Part shown: positions 24,904 through 33,881 of the stretch, piece by piece
Layout: every line of letters starts with the position of its first letter
Position numbering within the stretch: the first letter of the stretch is position 1
Assembly (NCBI GenBank): GCA_038231455.1
Contig: JBBRLI010000009.1
Coordinates: 71,159-135,158, forward strand
DNA length: 64,000 bases
Source: Vulcanimicrobiales bacterium
GTDB taxonomy: Bacteria > Vulcanimicrobiota > Vulcanimicrobiia > Vulcanimicrobiales > Vulcanimicrobiaceae
Direction of reading: 5' to 3'
The notes under the pieces: model-generated
Database searches by the model: none
What the model was told of the DNA's origin: nothing
The model's input: only the letters and a program-made list of their open reading frames with translations
Made by a program: the position numbers and the translations under genes

Positions 24904-25784
24904 TCGAAGCGCGCGACGAGTTGGCCGACTTCGTCGGCTGAGAGCACGTAAATGTGCTTGCAGAACTCGCATGTGGCTTCGGTCTGGGGCTGCTCGGATG
25001 CGATCTTCACCAGTTCGTCGCGTCCGAGGCCGAGCAGCGCGGACTCAACTTTTTCGCGCGTGCAGCGGCACTTGAACGCCACTTCGAATTCGTGAAACAC
25101 GTTGAGGCCGAGCGTTCCCGTGATCGCTGCGAGCAGATCTTCGCATGATGCGCCCTCGGCGATCTGCGTTGTCACGGTCGCCATTGCTTTGGCGTTTGCC
25201 TCGAGCGTGGAGATCGTCTGTTCGTCCGCGCCGGGCATCAACTGTGCGATGATCCCTCCGGCGGCGACGATCCCCGCGGGGTTTGCGAGGACGCCCAGTG
25301 CGACGACGCTCGGTACTTGCTGCGAGTTGAGGAGATACGAGGCGATGTCATCGCCGATCTCGCCGGTCTCAAGCGGAACGATGCCTTGGTATGGCTGACC
25401 GACTTCGTAAGACTTGGTCACTTGCAGCTGGCCGGTGCCGATCGCCCCGGAAACGTCGAATTTTCCCAGCGCGTTGAGCGGGATATCCACCTGCGGATTT
25501 CGCGTGTAGGCGCGTGCGCCGACGGCTCCATTCGGTTCGAGGTGTGCGTCCGCGGCGATCTGACCGAGTGGTCCGTCGCCCGCGATCTGTAAGGTCAGGC
25601 GCTCGCGTCCTTTGAGGCTCGCACCAAGGAGCGCCGCGCCCGTGATGAGGCGGCCCACCGCCGCGCTCGCGGTCGGGGCGAGGTGGTGGCGGATCTGCGT
25701 CTCGCGGACAAGGCTCGTGGTGATGCCGGCGACGAGCGAGATGGTGCCGTGCGCGGCGCTGGCGGTGAGAAGTCGGTCTGCCAT
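24900..25784 (-). CDS. hslO: Redox-regulated chaperone Hsp33
   Basis: The C-terminal zinc centre CRCTRE ... CEFCKHIY is present on an Hsp33 core. I prefer the start at MADRLL (25784) over the upstream 25805. Confidence 0.85.
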   Translation of the reverse strand: MADRLLTASAAHGTISLVAGITTSLVRETQIRHHLAPTASAAVGRLITGAALLGASLKGRERLTLQIAGDGPLGQIAADAHLEPNGAVGARAYTRNPQVDIPLNALGKFDVSGAIGTGQLQVTKSYEVGQPYQGIVPLETGEIGDDIASYLLNSQQVPSVVALGVLANPAGIVAAGGIIAQLMPGADEQTISTLEANAKAMATVTTQIAEGASCEDLLAAITGTLGLNVFHEFEVAFKCRCTREKVESALLGLGRDELVKIASEQPQTEATCEFCKHIYVLSADEVGQLVARFD

Positions 25785-25822
25785 AGGATGCCTTTTTCTC
25801 AACACCGTGAACCTTTCCCGGG

Positions 25823-26263
25823 ATGCAGATCGACGTCGCCGTCATTCACGGCCCGAATCTCAATTTGCTCGGTACGCGCGAACCCGGCGTTTACGGGAGC
25901 CAGACGCTTGCCGAGATCGACACGCAAATCATGTCCGGCGCTCGCGAACTCGGCCTCGCCGTGACGATCGCCCAATACAGCGGCGAAGGCGAAATCGTCG
26001 ATGCGATTCACGCGGCAGCGCATAACGCCCGTGCGATCGTCATCAACCCGGCGGCCTACACGCACTACTCCGTTGCCGTGCGCGATGCAATCGCTGCCGT
26101 TGCGATTCCAACGATCGAAGTCCATCTCTCCAACACGGCCGCGCGGGAAGAGTTCCGTTCGATCGGCATAACGAGCGCCGTCGCGCGCGGGACGATCGGT
26201 GGTTTCGGCGGATATTCCTACGTTCTCGCCTTGTACGCCGTCGCGCAATTACTAGGTCGTTAA
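25823..26263 (+). CDS. aroQ: Type II 3-dehydroquinate dehydratase
   Basis: 146 aa with the motifs VIHGPNLNLLGTREPGVYG, INPAAYTHYSVA and EVHLSN. Confidence 0.92.
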   Translation: MQIDVAVIHGPNLNLLGTREPGVYGSQTLAEIDTQIMSGARELGLAVTIAQYSGEGEIVDAIHAAAHNARAIVINPAAYTHYSVAVRDAIAAVAIPTIEVHLSNTAAREEFRSIGITSAVARGTIGGFGGYSYVLALYAVAQLLGR

Positions 26264-26386
26264 GAAAAAAAATAGACGCCGCTCATAGTTGGATTTTCGC
26301 CTAATCGGATGCAGGAGCGCAAACTCGCTCTTAGTATATGGAATCTCCCCGCGTCGCGTTTCGACGCCGTTCTGAGGTGTAGTGCA

Positions 26387-26725
26387 TTGACGAAAGCGGA
26401 TCTGATCGAGTCTCTTGCCGGCGGATGCGCGGTCTCAAAGCGCCAGGCAAGCGAAATGATCGATTTGCTCCTCGAAGAAATAAAAAATGCACTGCAGGCG
26501 GGTGAAAAAGTCCAGCTGATTCCCTTCGGAAGTTTCGCGGTGCGCGAGCGCAAGAAACGCGAAGGGCGCAATCCCAAAACGGGCGAGAAGCTCATCATCG
26601 CGGCGCGTCGCGTCACCGCGTTCACGGCCGGAAAGTCGCTGCGCGATGCCGTCGATTCCCCGAAGAAAGCCGTTCCCGGCCGGAACGGCACGGCCAAGAA
26701 AGCGGCACGGTCCGCGGTCCGATAG
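26387..26725 (+). CDS. hup: HU/IHF-family nucleoid protein with short basic C-terminal tail
   Basis: I start it at TTG 26387, with a GAGGTG ribosome-binding site 7 nt upstream. The HU core is present (LTKADLIESLA ... FGSFAVRERKKREGRNPKTGEKLIIAARRVTAFTAGKSLRDAV), followed by the tail SPKKAVPGRNGTAKKAARSAVR. Confidence 0.85.
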   Translation: MTKADLIESLAGGCAVSKRQASEMIDLLLEEIKNALQAGEKVQLIPFGSFAVRERKKREGRNPKTGEKLIIAARRVTAFTAGKSLRDAVDSPKKAVPGRNGTAKKAARSAVR

Positions 26726-26763
26726 AGGGGATGCGCCGCGTTCTGCGCTACTTTTGATGTATT

Positions 26764-26840
<77 letters not shown>

Positions 26841-26844
26841 GATA

Positions 26845-26887
26845 CAAACGGGACGCGCGGTTTAGCGGGTCCCGTTTGCTTTTGTTG
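26845..26887 (+). terminator. Rho-independent terminator after tRNA-Pro
   Basis: A 10-bp stem CAAACGGGAC / GTCCCGTTTG (26845-26854 with 26869-26878) is followed by CTTTTGTTG. Confidence 0.6.
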
Positions 26888-26914
26888 AACGCGCCCAGTC
26901 GTGGTACATAAGCG

Positions 26915-27319
26915 ATGCGCGTGACGATTTTTGCCGACGGCGGTTCGCGGGGTAATCCCGGTCCGGCGGCTTCGGGCTCGGTCGTGTACGATGAATCGGG
27001 CGCGGTTCTCCGCGAGATCGGCACGTTTCTCGGCGTGGCGACCAACAACGTTGCCGAGTGGACGGCGTTACTCGACGGACTCGAAGCGGCGCTGGATCTC
27101 GGCGCGACGGACGTCACGATTCGCATGGACAGCGAGCTTGTCGTGAAGCAGATCGCCGGCGTGTACCGCGTCAAACATCCGGGTCTTCAGCCGCTGCATG
27201 CGAGAGCAAAAGTGCTGCTTCGGCGCTTTGCATCGTATGAAATCGGACACGTGCCGCGCAAGCAAAACGCCGCCGCCGATGCCGTGGTGAATCAGGTGCT
27301 CGACGCGCACGCGCGCTAA
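26915..27319 (+). CDS. rnhA: Ribonuclease H (RNase HI-type)
   Basis: 134 aa with the motifs IFADGGSRGNPGPAASG, NNVAEWTALLDGLEAA and IRMDSELVVKQ. Confidence 0.8.
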   Translation: MRVTIFADGGSRGNPGPAASGSVVYDESGAVLREIGTFLGVATNNVAEWTALLDGLEAALDLGATDVTIRMDSELVVKQIAGVYRVKHPGLQPLHARAKVLLRRFASYEIGHVPRKQNAAADAVVNQVLDAHAR

Positions 27320-28047
27320 TGAATCGCGTGCGCCCGCTTCTCTACGACCGGCTGGGCGATCGTGGCGCCACGTCCGATCGGCAGTGAGAACCAGAAGAGT
27401 GCGTTCTCGCCGGGCTGCGTCGAGAATCCGATCTCCCCGCGCATCGCCTCGACGAGGCCCTTGGCGATGAACAGTCCGAGGCCGGTCGATTCGGCCGTGC
27501 GCTCGGAGAGTGTTGCAAACGGTGTGAAGAGCTTTGCCTGCTCGCTCGGTGGGATGCCGTTTCCCTCGTTGAAAACCGACGTTCGCACGCTCTCGCCGTC
27601 GCGGACGATCGATACGATCACCGTGCTCGTATTCTCGGAATAACTGATAGCATTCGCGACGAGGTTCGTGACAATTTGACGCACGCGGATCGCATCGGCG
27701 TACGCCGGCGGAATTTCGTCTTCAAGCGCAATCATGACGGCTCGATCGGGGAAGCGCGAATTGAGCGCGCGTGCCACATCGCGAATGATTTTCACCAGGT
27801 CGACATCGTCGGGTTCGATTCCAAGGGCCCCATCATTTAAACGCGAGAGGACCATCAAATCTTGGATGACGCGGTCGATCTGCAGCGTTGAATCGTCGAC
27901 CACCGATAACAACTCGCTCCGTCGCTCCGTGCTCAGGCGGTCGTGATGATCGCCAAGCAGCGCGACGGCGCCGCGAATGGTGGAGAGCGGCGAGCGCATC
28001 TCGTGCGCGATAAGTGAGACAAATGTCGTATCGAGCGTTGTGCCCAT
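27316..28047 (-). CDS. Sensor-less cytoplasmic histidine kinase (DHp + HATPase only)
   Basis: It has an H-box (FVSLIAHEMRSPLSTIRG), an N-box (QIVTNLVANAISYS) and G-boxes (FNEGNGIP, STGLGLFIAKG). There is no TM or sensory domain, and no response regulator lies next to it. I prefer the start at ATG 28047, because GTG 28122 would leave only 14 nt to the divergent gene. Confidence 0.8.
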   Translation of the reverse strand: MGTTLDTTFVSLIAHEMRSPLSTIRGAVALLGDHHDRLSTERRSELLSVVDDSTLQIDRVIQDLMVLSRLNDGALGIEPDDVDLVKIIRDVARALNSRFPDRAVMIALEDEIPPAYADAIRVRQIVTNLVANAISYSENTSTVIVSIVRDGESVRTSVFNEGNGIPPSEQAKLFTPFATLSERTAESTGLGLFIAKGLVEAMRGEIGFSTQPGENALFWFSLPIGRGATIAQPVVEKRAHAIH

Positions 28048-28136
28048 GGCGACGCTTGGAGAGAGCACTTGCTTGGCCGGGTGGGGCGAAAAGGGGTTGC
28101 GCACAGTGCTTCGTATTCCCACCCGGGCTAAGGCCC

Positions 28137-28778
28137 ATGCGTCGATCTTTCATTGCACCCGTCATTTTTATCGTCTCGGTCGTCGCGTTCGTCGTCGGCT
28201 GGCAACTCTATGCCAAAGACGAGGCAACGCGCTTCGCTGCCGTCCACAAGGTGCGCATGCAGCGCTCGGTGCTCGGCTTGCGCTACGAGGTCACATCGAC
28301 CCGTGGTCCCTATTCGCGCGAACTCTATACGATGGACGACGTGGATGGCAAATCGCGGGTAACCTATGCGGTCACGAATCGCAAAGGGACGACAGCGTCG
28401 TTCGCTTTGCCGGTGCACGGTTACGATGTCTCGTTCTTGTTTCAAAAATTGGTGCTCGACGGCGTGTGGGAAGTCCACAACGAGCCCCCGCGCGGCGACG
28501 TCTCGAAAGTTTTCCGCGTCACCGTCTCGCAGACGGCCGATACGAAAAGCGGCTCGCGGACCGTCGGCTTTACCGATCCGCACTACTGGGCAGTCAGCGG
28601 CGGACGTCAGTATACGATCAAGCTCTCCAAAGACAAGGCGGTCGACCTCTTGCACATGACGTCGACGTCAACCGCCGAGCCGCGGTTCGAGAAGATCGTT
28701 GCCGACTTTGCCGCGTTCTCACCGATCGGACTTCGCGCGTCGGTGGCTGCGGCGCGCGCAAAACTCGCGCGTTCGTGA
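28137..28778 (+). CDS. Hypothetical membrane-anchored protein
   Basis: 213 aa with an N-terminal TM (FIAPVIFIVSVVAFVVGW) followed by a soluble domain. Its stop overlaps the start of the deacetylase gene (GTGA). I recognise no family. Confidence 0.5.
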   Translation: MRRSFIAPVIFIVSVVAFVVGWQLYAKDEATRFAAVHKVRMQRSVLGLRYEVTSTRGPYSRELYTMDDVDGKSRVTYAVTNRKGTTASFALPVHGYDVSFLFQKLVLDGVWEVHNEPPRGDVSKVFRVTVSQTADTKSGSRTVGFTDPHYWAVSGGRQYTIKLSKDKAVDLLHMTSTSTAEPRFEKIVADFAAFSPIGLRASVAAARAKLARS

Positions 28779-29491
28779 ATCTGCTCCGCGCAATCGCGGC
28801 CGCGGCGCTTTTGGGAATTGGATCGTACTATCTCTATAAGCTTGCGGAGTTGCCGCAGAGTCAGGTGCTCGGTCCGACGATCACGCACGGGAGCGCCGCG
28901 CGTCATGCCGTCGCGCTAACTTACGACGATGGGCCCAACCCGCGCGACACGGACGACATCCTTGCCATCTTGCGAACGCACCATGCCCACGCGACCTTTT
29001 TCGTCAACGGTATCGCCGCGCAAGCTGCGCCGCAGACGCTGGCACGCATGCATGCCGGTGGAAATGAGATCGAAAATCACGGCTGGGATCACGCGCACCT
29101 TGAAGCGCTTCTGACCGCAGCGCAAATCGACGATCAGCTCGCGCGCACGGATGAGGCAATCGCGCGCGCTACCGGATCGCACACGCGCTATCTGCGTCCT
29201 CCATTTGGACTTCGTAATCGAGCGGTGATCGACGAGGCCGCAAAACGTGGTTACGCGACGGTGATGTGGACGGGCCGCCTGGCCGGCGATTGGGACCCGG
29301 TCGCGCCGGCGACCATTGCGGAGCGCGTCCTAGCGAACGCCCGTGACGGTGCGATTCTCGTCATGCACGACGGCGACCGTGGACGCGGGGGCGATCGTCG
29401 AAACGTCGTCGCGGCGACCGAACGCGTCGTGCGCGAGCTGCAAGCGCGGGGGTATCGTCTCGAAACGCTCGCCGACTTGCTTCACGCATAG
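28775..29491 (+). CDS. Polysaccharide deacetylase (NodB/CE4 homology domain), membrane anchored
   Basis: I start it at GTG 28775; the 504-aa track ORF from 27977 is an artefactual extension. The NodB motifs are present (ALTYDDGPNP, FFVNG, ENHGWDH, LRPPFG), preceded by an N-terminal TM. Confidence 0.85.
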   Translation: MNLLRAIAAAALLGIGSYYLYKLAELPQSQVLGPTITHGSAARHAVALTYDDGPNPRDTDDILAILRTHHAHATFFVNGIAAQAAPQTLARMHAGGNEIENHGWDHAHLEALLTAAQIDDQLARTDEAIARATGSHTRYLRPPFGLRNRAVIDEAAKRGYATVMWTGRLAGDWDPVAPATIAERVLANARDGAILVMHDGDRGRGGDRRNVVAATERVVRELQARGYRLETLADLLHA

Positions 29492-29817
29492 CGCCTACCG
29501 GCAAAGTCGATGAACCCATCGACGTGCCGGTGCGCCGGATCGTGGTGCGTCCAGTGGACGAGCGGGTCGCCGGTTTTCCGGTCGTGGACGAGTTCGCCAC
29601 GGACCGAGATACGATCGCCGGCCGTCAGGGGAACCCGCGGGGCGAGTTTCACGTTGTCGACAATTTCGAGCGTCGTTCCGTCGTCGGCGCGACAATCGAA
29701 GGCCTCGTGCATCGCGTGCGTGTTCGTGCCGTAGAAGAAGTGCGGCGTCGAAGTGACAGTCGCGCGAAAATCGACTTCGGCAGGGAGCGTGCCCGCGAGG
29801 GCCCCGGATAGTGTCAT
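29482..29817 (-). CDS. DUF3465-family protein
   Basis: 111 aa. NVKLAPRVPLTAGDRISVRGELVHD...PLVHWTHHDPAHRHVDGF matches my recollection of the DUF3465 signature (LAPRV ... GD ... HWTHHDP ... H..G). Confidence 0.55.
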   Translation of the reverse strand: MTLSGALAGTLPAEVDFRATVTSTPHFFYGTNTHAMHEAFDCRADDGTTLEIVDNVKLAPRVPLTAGDRISVRGELVHDRKTGDPLVHWTHHDPAHRHVDGFIDFAGRRYA

Positions 29818-29892
29818 CGTGCATCCTCCGCTCCTCCCTCACGCGAGGTTCGGACGAGGCAAGGCCGGAGCGTTCGTGCAAAACGACCGGAC

Positions 29893-31569
29893 GTGACCGT
29901 TTTGCTTGCTGCGGCCTTTCTCTCGCTCGGCCTTATCAATCTCGATTTCTCGCGGACGTGGTGGCGCGGCCAGCGTTTACGTCTGCTCGTCGGCGTTCCG
30001 ATCGTGCTGCTTTTTGCCTACGTTCAGATGCCGCCGCTCGTTTTTCCGCAAGCGTTTTCACTGCTCTTGCTCACGCTCGTTCCGAACGCCGCATACGGCC
30101 TGTTGCTCTCGGCCCGGAACATCGTCGTCTCGCGCCGCATCGTCTCGATCCGCCGTACGCCGCTGTGGCCGTACCTCGGGGCACTCGCCGTGCTTCTGGC
30201 ATGGTCGGCGATCCTCGTCGCAGCCCCCGTCGTCGATGCGAGCGGTCTGCGTGATATCCCGGGCGTGGTCGTCTCAAGCGACCTCCCACCCAGCGCCGAC
30301 GTCGCGCACGTGCGCGTCGTGCCCGAAGAATCTGCACAGTTCGCGGGCAACAAAGTGCTCGGCCAACTCGGCACGTACTATCGCGTCGGAACGTACAACA
30401 TCCAAGTTGAGAACGGCAAGCTCGTGTGGGTCGCGCCGCTCGATTTCCAAGGCCCGATTCAGTGGCTTGCGCGGCGCTCGAGCCCGGGTGTGATCGTGGT
30501 AAGCGGTGAGAATCCCGATGCAACGGCCGAACTGCGCCAGCGCGCGCCGATGCACTATATTCCAAGCGCCCTGCTCAACGACAATCTCTATCGCCACGTG
30601 TATTTTACGTACGGAACCGAAGAGATTCTCGAGACGACGCTCCAACTCGATGATCGGGGCGAGCCGAAATACCTCGCAACGCTCGGTCGGCCGACCGTTG
30701 GATGGTCGGGCGAACGCGTGACCGGCGTCGTCATCGTCGACCCGGCGAGCGGTGCGATGACGCGTATCGCGCGCGCGGATTTCAGTAAGCTACCGCGGTG
30801 GGTGCGCCGCGTCTATCCACCGGAACTCGCGCTTGCGTATAACACCTGGTTCGGTCGGTTCGTGCACGGCTGGTGGAACGCGCAACTTGCCAAACGCGAC
30901 GTGCATCTCCCGGCGCGCGAAGATGTGTTCGGATTGCTTTTGGCGGGGCAACAGTTCGTGTGGTTTGTCGACCACACCTCACCGAACGCCACGGACAATT
31001 CGATGACCGGCTTCACCTACATGGATACCGTGAGCGGAGCGCTCACCTACTACACGGCCTCCGGCGGGCAGTTCAATTCAGCCGCCGCCGAGAGCGCTAT
31101 CGCGGCGAATCCCGTCGTTCGGCAAGGGCGCCTCGCACCGACGCAGCCCGTGCTCTACAATGCCTTCGGGCAGAATACGTGGGTCGTCCCGATCGTCTCG
31201 GATAACGGAAAATTCCAGACGCTCGCCCTCGTCCAGGCAACGAACGGACACGTTGTTGTGGGCAACAGCGCGGCGTCATCGGCCGCGACAGACGCGTTTG
31301 CCAGCTATCGTGCCTTTTTAGGCGACCGTGCCGGGGGGACTGGTGTCGCCTCCGTCGAGAATCGAGTTGGAACGGTCGATCGATTCGCGAATACCGGCGG
31401 CCGCATCTACTTCACCCTGCGCGAGGCCAAAGGCATCTTCAAGATCGTCGATCCAAGCGACCCGAGCGTGCTGCTCCTGCGAAGCGGCGATCGCGTGCGT
31501 TTTACGGCAACGCCCGATACCGAGGGGTATCTGGTGCAGACGCTGCGTGACGAATCGATCGCACGATGA
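29893..31569 (+). CDS. Hypothetical polytopic membrane protein with large extracytoplasmic domain
   Basis: 558 aa with a GTG start. About 4 N-terminal TM helices are followed by a ~430-aa soluble region. I recognise no family. Its stop overlaps the next gene (ATGA). Confidence 0.55.
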   Translation: MTVLLAAAFLSLGLINLDFSRTWWRGQRLRLLVGVPIVLLFAYVQMPPLVFPQAFSLLLLTLVPNAAYGLLLSARNIVVSRRIVSIRRTPLWPYLGALAVLLAWSAILVAAPVVDASGLRDIPGVVVSSDLPPSADVAHVRVVPEESAQFAGNKVLGQLGTYYRVGTYNIQVENGKLVWVAPLDFQGPIQWLARRSSPGVIVVSGENPDATAELRQRAPMHYIPSALLNDNLYRHVYFTYGTEEILETTLQLDDRGEPKYLATLGRPTVGWSGERVTGVVIVDPASGAMTRIARADFSKLPRWVRRVYPPELALAYNTWFGRFVHGWWNAQLAKRDVHLPAREDVFGLLLAGQQFVWFVDHTSPNATDNSMTGFTYMDTVSGALTYYTASGGQFNSAAAESAIAANPVVRQGRLAPTQPVLYNAFGQNTWVVPIVSDNGKFQTLALVQATNGHVVVGNSAASSAATDAFASYRAFLGDRAGGTGVASVENRVGTVDRFANTGGRIYFTLREAKGIFKIVDPSDPSVLLLRSGDRVRFTATPDTEGYLVQTLRDESIAR

Positions 31570-32129
31570 GAATGGCGCATACCGAGCGGCTGGAACTTGC
31601 TCCCGTGACGGCGCGTAACGCAAAAGATCTGTGGCGTATCCTGGCCGCGCCGAACCTGCGTCAGTTTCAAGATATTCCGCGCGTTCGACTGGAAGAATTC
31701 GAACGACAAGTTCGCTCGCGTCCGCGCCACCTCACGGGCTCCGTAACGGGCCGCTTCGAATGGCTGATCGTGCAGGAAACCCAGCCGATCGGTTGGATAT
31801 CGCTGCGCATCAACGACCGCGCTCCGCACGTCGGCGAAATGGGCTATAGTCTCATCGAAGAAGCACGCGGCCAGGGATACGCATCCGAAGCGCTGCGTGC
31901 GGTCGTCGATCAAGCGTTCGGCGATTCGGATCTCGACGAATTGCACGCCTGCACCGTGCCGGAGAATACGGCCTCGCGCAGCGTCCTCGTCCGGATCGGC
32001 TTTCGCGAACTGCGTTTGCTGCGCAGTGGCGCAATGATTCGCGGGCGACATGTGGACGTGCTCTTACACGCGCTTCACCGCGGCGAGTGGAGCCGCACGC
32101 GCTCCGCTGCCCAAGAGCACGCCAACTGA
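31566..32129 (+). CDS. GNAT N-acetyltransferase (RimJ/RimL-like)
   Basis: 187 aa with TERLELAPVTARNAKDLWRIL and the acetyl-CoA motif EARGQGYASEALRAVVDQAF. Confidence 0.75.
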   Translation: MRMAHTERLELAPVTARNAKDLWRILAAPNLRQFQDIPRVRLEEFERQVRSRPRHLTGSVTGRFEWLIVQETQPIGWISLRINDRAPHVGEMGYSLIEEARGQGYASEALRAVVDQAFGDSDLDELHACTVPENTASRSVLVRIGFRELRLLRSGAMIRGRHVDVLLHALHRGEWSRTRSAAQEHAN

Positions 32130-33361
32130 GCCGGCCGGCGCGCGAGGGCAAGCAACCCCAAGGAATCGAACTCGGCGCCGGAATTGTTTCCGGCGCATCG
32201 GACAACGACCCAACGACCGTCGCCACGCTTGCCGTCATCGGCGCGACAACGGTTTACCGGCTGGCTTGGCTCGTGCTGCTCGTCATTCCGATGCTCGTCG
32301 TCGTGCAAGCGATCAGTGCGGCGATCGGCTGCATCGGGAAACGCGGACTCGAAGATCTCATCCGTCGCCGCTTCGGTCGCGGCTGGGCCGTCACGACACT
32401 CATCGCGGTTCTAGCCGTTACGATTCTGACGCTCGCGGCCGATCTTGAAGGCGGAGCGGCGGCGCTTGGACTTCTTACCGGACTGCCGTATGCGTGGTTC
32501 GTCGTGCCCTTTGCAATCGTCGCGGGCGCGCTGCTGATTTTTGGGAGTTACGCGCAAATCGAGCGTATTCTGAAATTCATCCCGCTGATTTTTCTGACAT
32601 ACGTCGTATCTGCATTCCTCGCGCGGCCCGATTGGCTGGCTGTTCTCCACGATTCGCTCTTACCAAAGATCGATGGTTCACCCGCATATATCGCCGGTGC
32701 GATCGCGCTGCTCGGGACGACGCTGACGAGTTACGCGTACGTGTGGGAAACGATCGAAGTCGCGCACGATCGTCCATCACTGCGACGATTAGGCCTCGTG
32801 CAGGCCGACGCCGCAATCGGCATGATTTTCGCCGGCGTGACGTTTTTCTTTATTGTCGTTGCGACCGGGGCGACACTTGGCGTGCACCATAAAGATGTGC
32901 AGACCGCGCAAGATGCCGCAGCGGCGCTCGCGCCGGTTGCGGGGAAGTACGCCTCGCTACTGTTCGGAGCCGGGCTGTTCGGCTCGGCACTACTCGCCGT
33001 TCCTGTCCTTGCCGGCACTAGTGCGTACGTCATGTCGGAGACCTTTGGTTGGCGCGGCTCGCTTGATTCCAAGTTTCCGCACGGCTTGCGATTTTATGGG
33101 ACGCTCGTTGCTGCGCTTGCCGCCGGAACGATCGTCGCGTCGCTCGGTCTTAGTCCGATCAAGTTGCTTTTCTACAGTGGTATCGCTGGCGGACTCGGGA
33201 CACCGCTTACGCTTGCATTCTTGCTCTTAATAGCGCGCGACAAAAGCATCATGGGCGGGAACCGGATCGGCGTCCCACTTGCCGTCGGCGGCTGGGCCGT
33301 GTTCGCGATCGTCGTTGGCGCCTCGCTCTTGTATCTCTATAGCCTCGGCCAAGGGCATTAG
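32087..33361 (+). CDS. NRAMP-related membrane transporter (divergent TM1 motif)
   Basis: About 11 TM helices. The N-terminal signature is GAGIVSGASDNDPTTVAT, where canonical NRAMPs have DPGN. The start is uncertain: GTG 32087 overlaps the upstream GNAT gene by 43 nt. Confidence 0.7.
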   Translation: MEPHALRCPRARQLSRPAREGKQPQGIELGAGIVSGASDNDPTTVATLAVIGATTVYRLAWLVLLVIPMLVVVQAISAAIGCIGKRGLEDLIRRRFGRGWAVTTLIAVLAVTILTLAADLEGGAAALGLLTGLPYAWFVVPFAIVAGALLIFGSYAQIERILKFIPLIFLTYVVSAFLARPDWLAVLHDSLLPKIDGSPAYIAGAIALLGTTLTSYAYVWETIEVAHDRPSLRRLGLVQADAAIGMIFAGVTFFFIVVATGATLGVHHKDVQTAQDAAAALAPVAGKYASLLFGAGLFGSALLAVPVLAGTSAYVMSETFGWRGSLDSKFPHGLRFYGTLVAALAAGTIVASLGLSPIKLLFYSGIAGGLGTPLTLAFLLLIARDKSIMGGNRIGVPLAVGGWAVFAIVVGASLLYLYSLGQGH

Positions 33362-33822
33362 TCGAAGAGACGAACGCTAATTCCCGCCTCGGCAAAACCA
33401 AAATACTGCTGCGTGGGATCGGCGAGATGCGCGATGAGCGGCTCCCGCACCACGGCGACGGCCAGGTACTCGGCAAGATCGACGCGTTTGACCCATGCAC
33501 AGGCAACTGCGTGTGCTTCGTCCGGCGGGATCGCCGGATCGCCCTCGGCGCAGACGTAGAACGCGACGTTTGTAAACTGCATGCCGGTGGCTGGATCGAA
33601 CGACTCCGCGACGTACGCGAGGCGTCCTACGGTGACGTCGAGCCCGGTCTCTTCGCGAAACTCACGCGTGACTGCCGTCGCGTGCGTTTCATGGCCCTCC
33701 TGGCGTCCGCCGGGCAGATTCCAAAGCGGTTCTGCGCGACCGGGATAGCGGCTGGCAACGAGTAAAATCGCGCCGTCGCGTTCGAGGATACCGGTGGTCA
33801 GATGGATGCGCGTCCACGTCAC
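33358..33822 (-). CDS. Nudix hydrolase
   Basis: The Nudix box GGRQEGHETHATAVTREFREETGL is present. I prefer the start at GTG 33822. The longest ORF reaches 33939 but would overlap the divergent GNAT gene. Confidence 0.75.
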   Translation of the reverse strand: MTWTRIHLTTGILERDGAILLVASRYPGRAEPLWNLPGGRQEGHETHATAVTREFREETGLDVTVGRLAYVAESFDPATGMQFTNVAFYVCAEGDPAIPPDEAHAVACAWVKRVDLAEYLAVAVVREPLIAHLADPTQQYFGFAEAGISVRLFD

Positions 33823-33881
33823 GATGCGCAAGAGTCCACCGCGCGGGGTTGGCCTTCCCCCAGTGCCGAACGTGCGGCCCC

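Noticed and set aside
27977-28774. The 504-aa ORF that fuses upstream sequence to the polysaccharide deacetylase.
   Set aside because: The first ~265 residues are Arg-rich and overlap both the histidine kinase on the opposite strand and the better-looking 28137-28778 ORF in another frame. Deacetylase homology and a TM anchor begin at GTG 28775.
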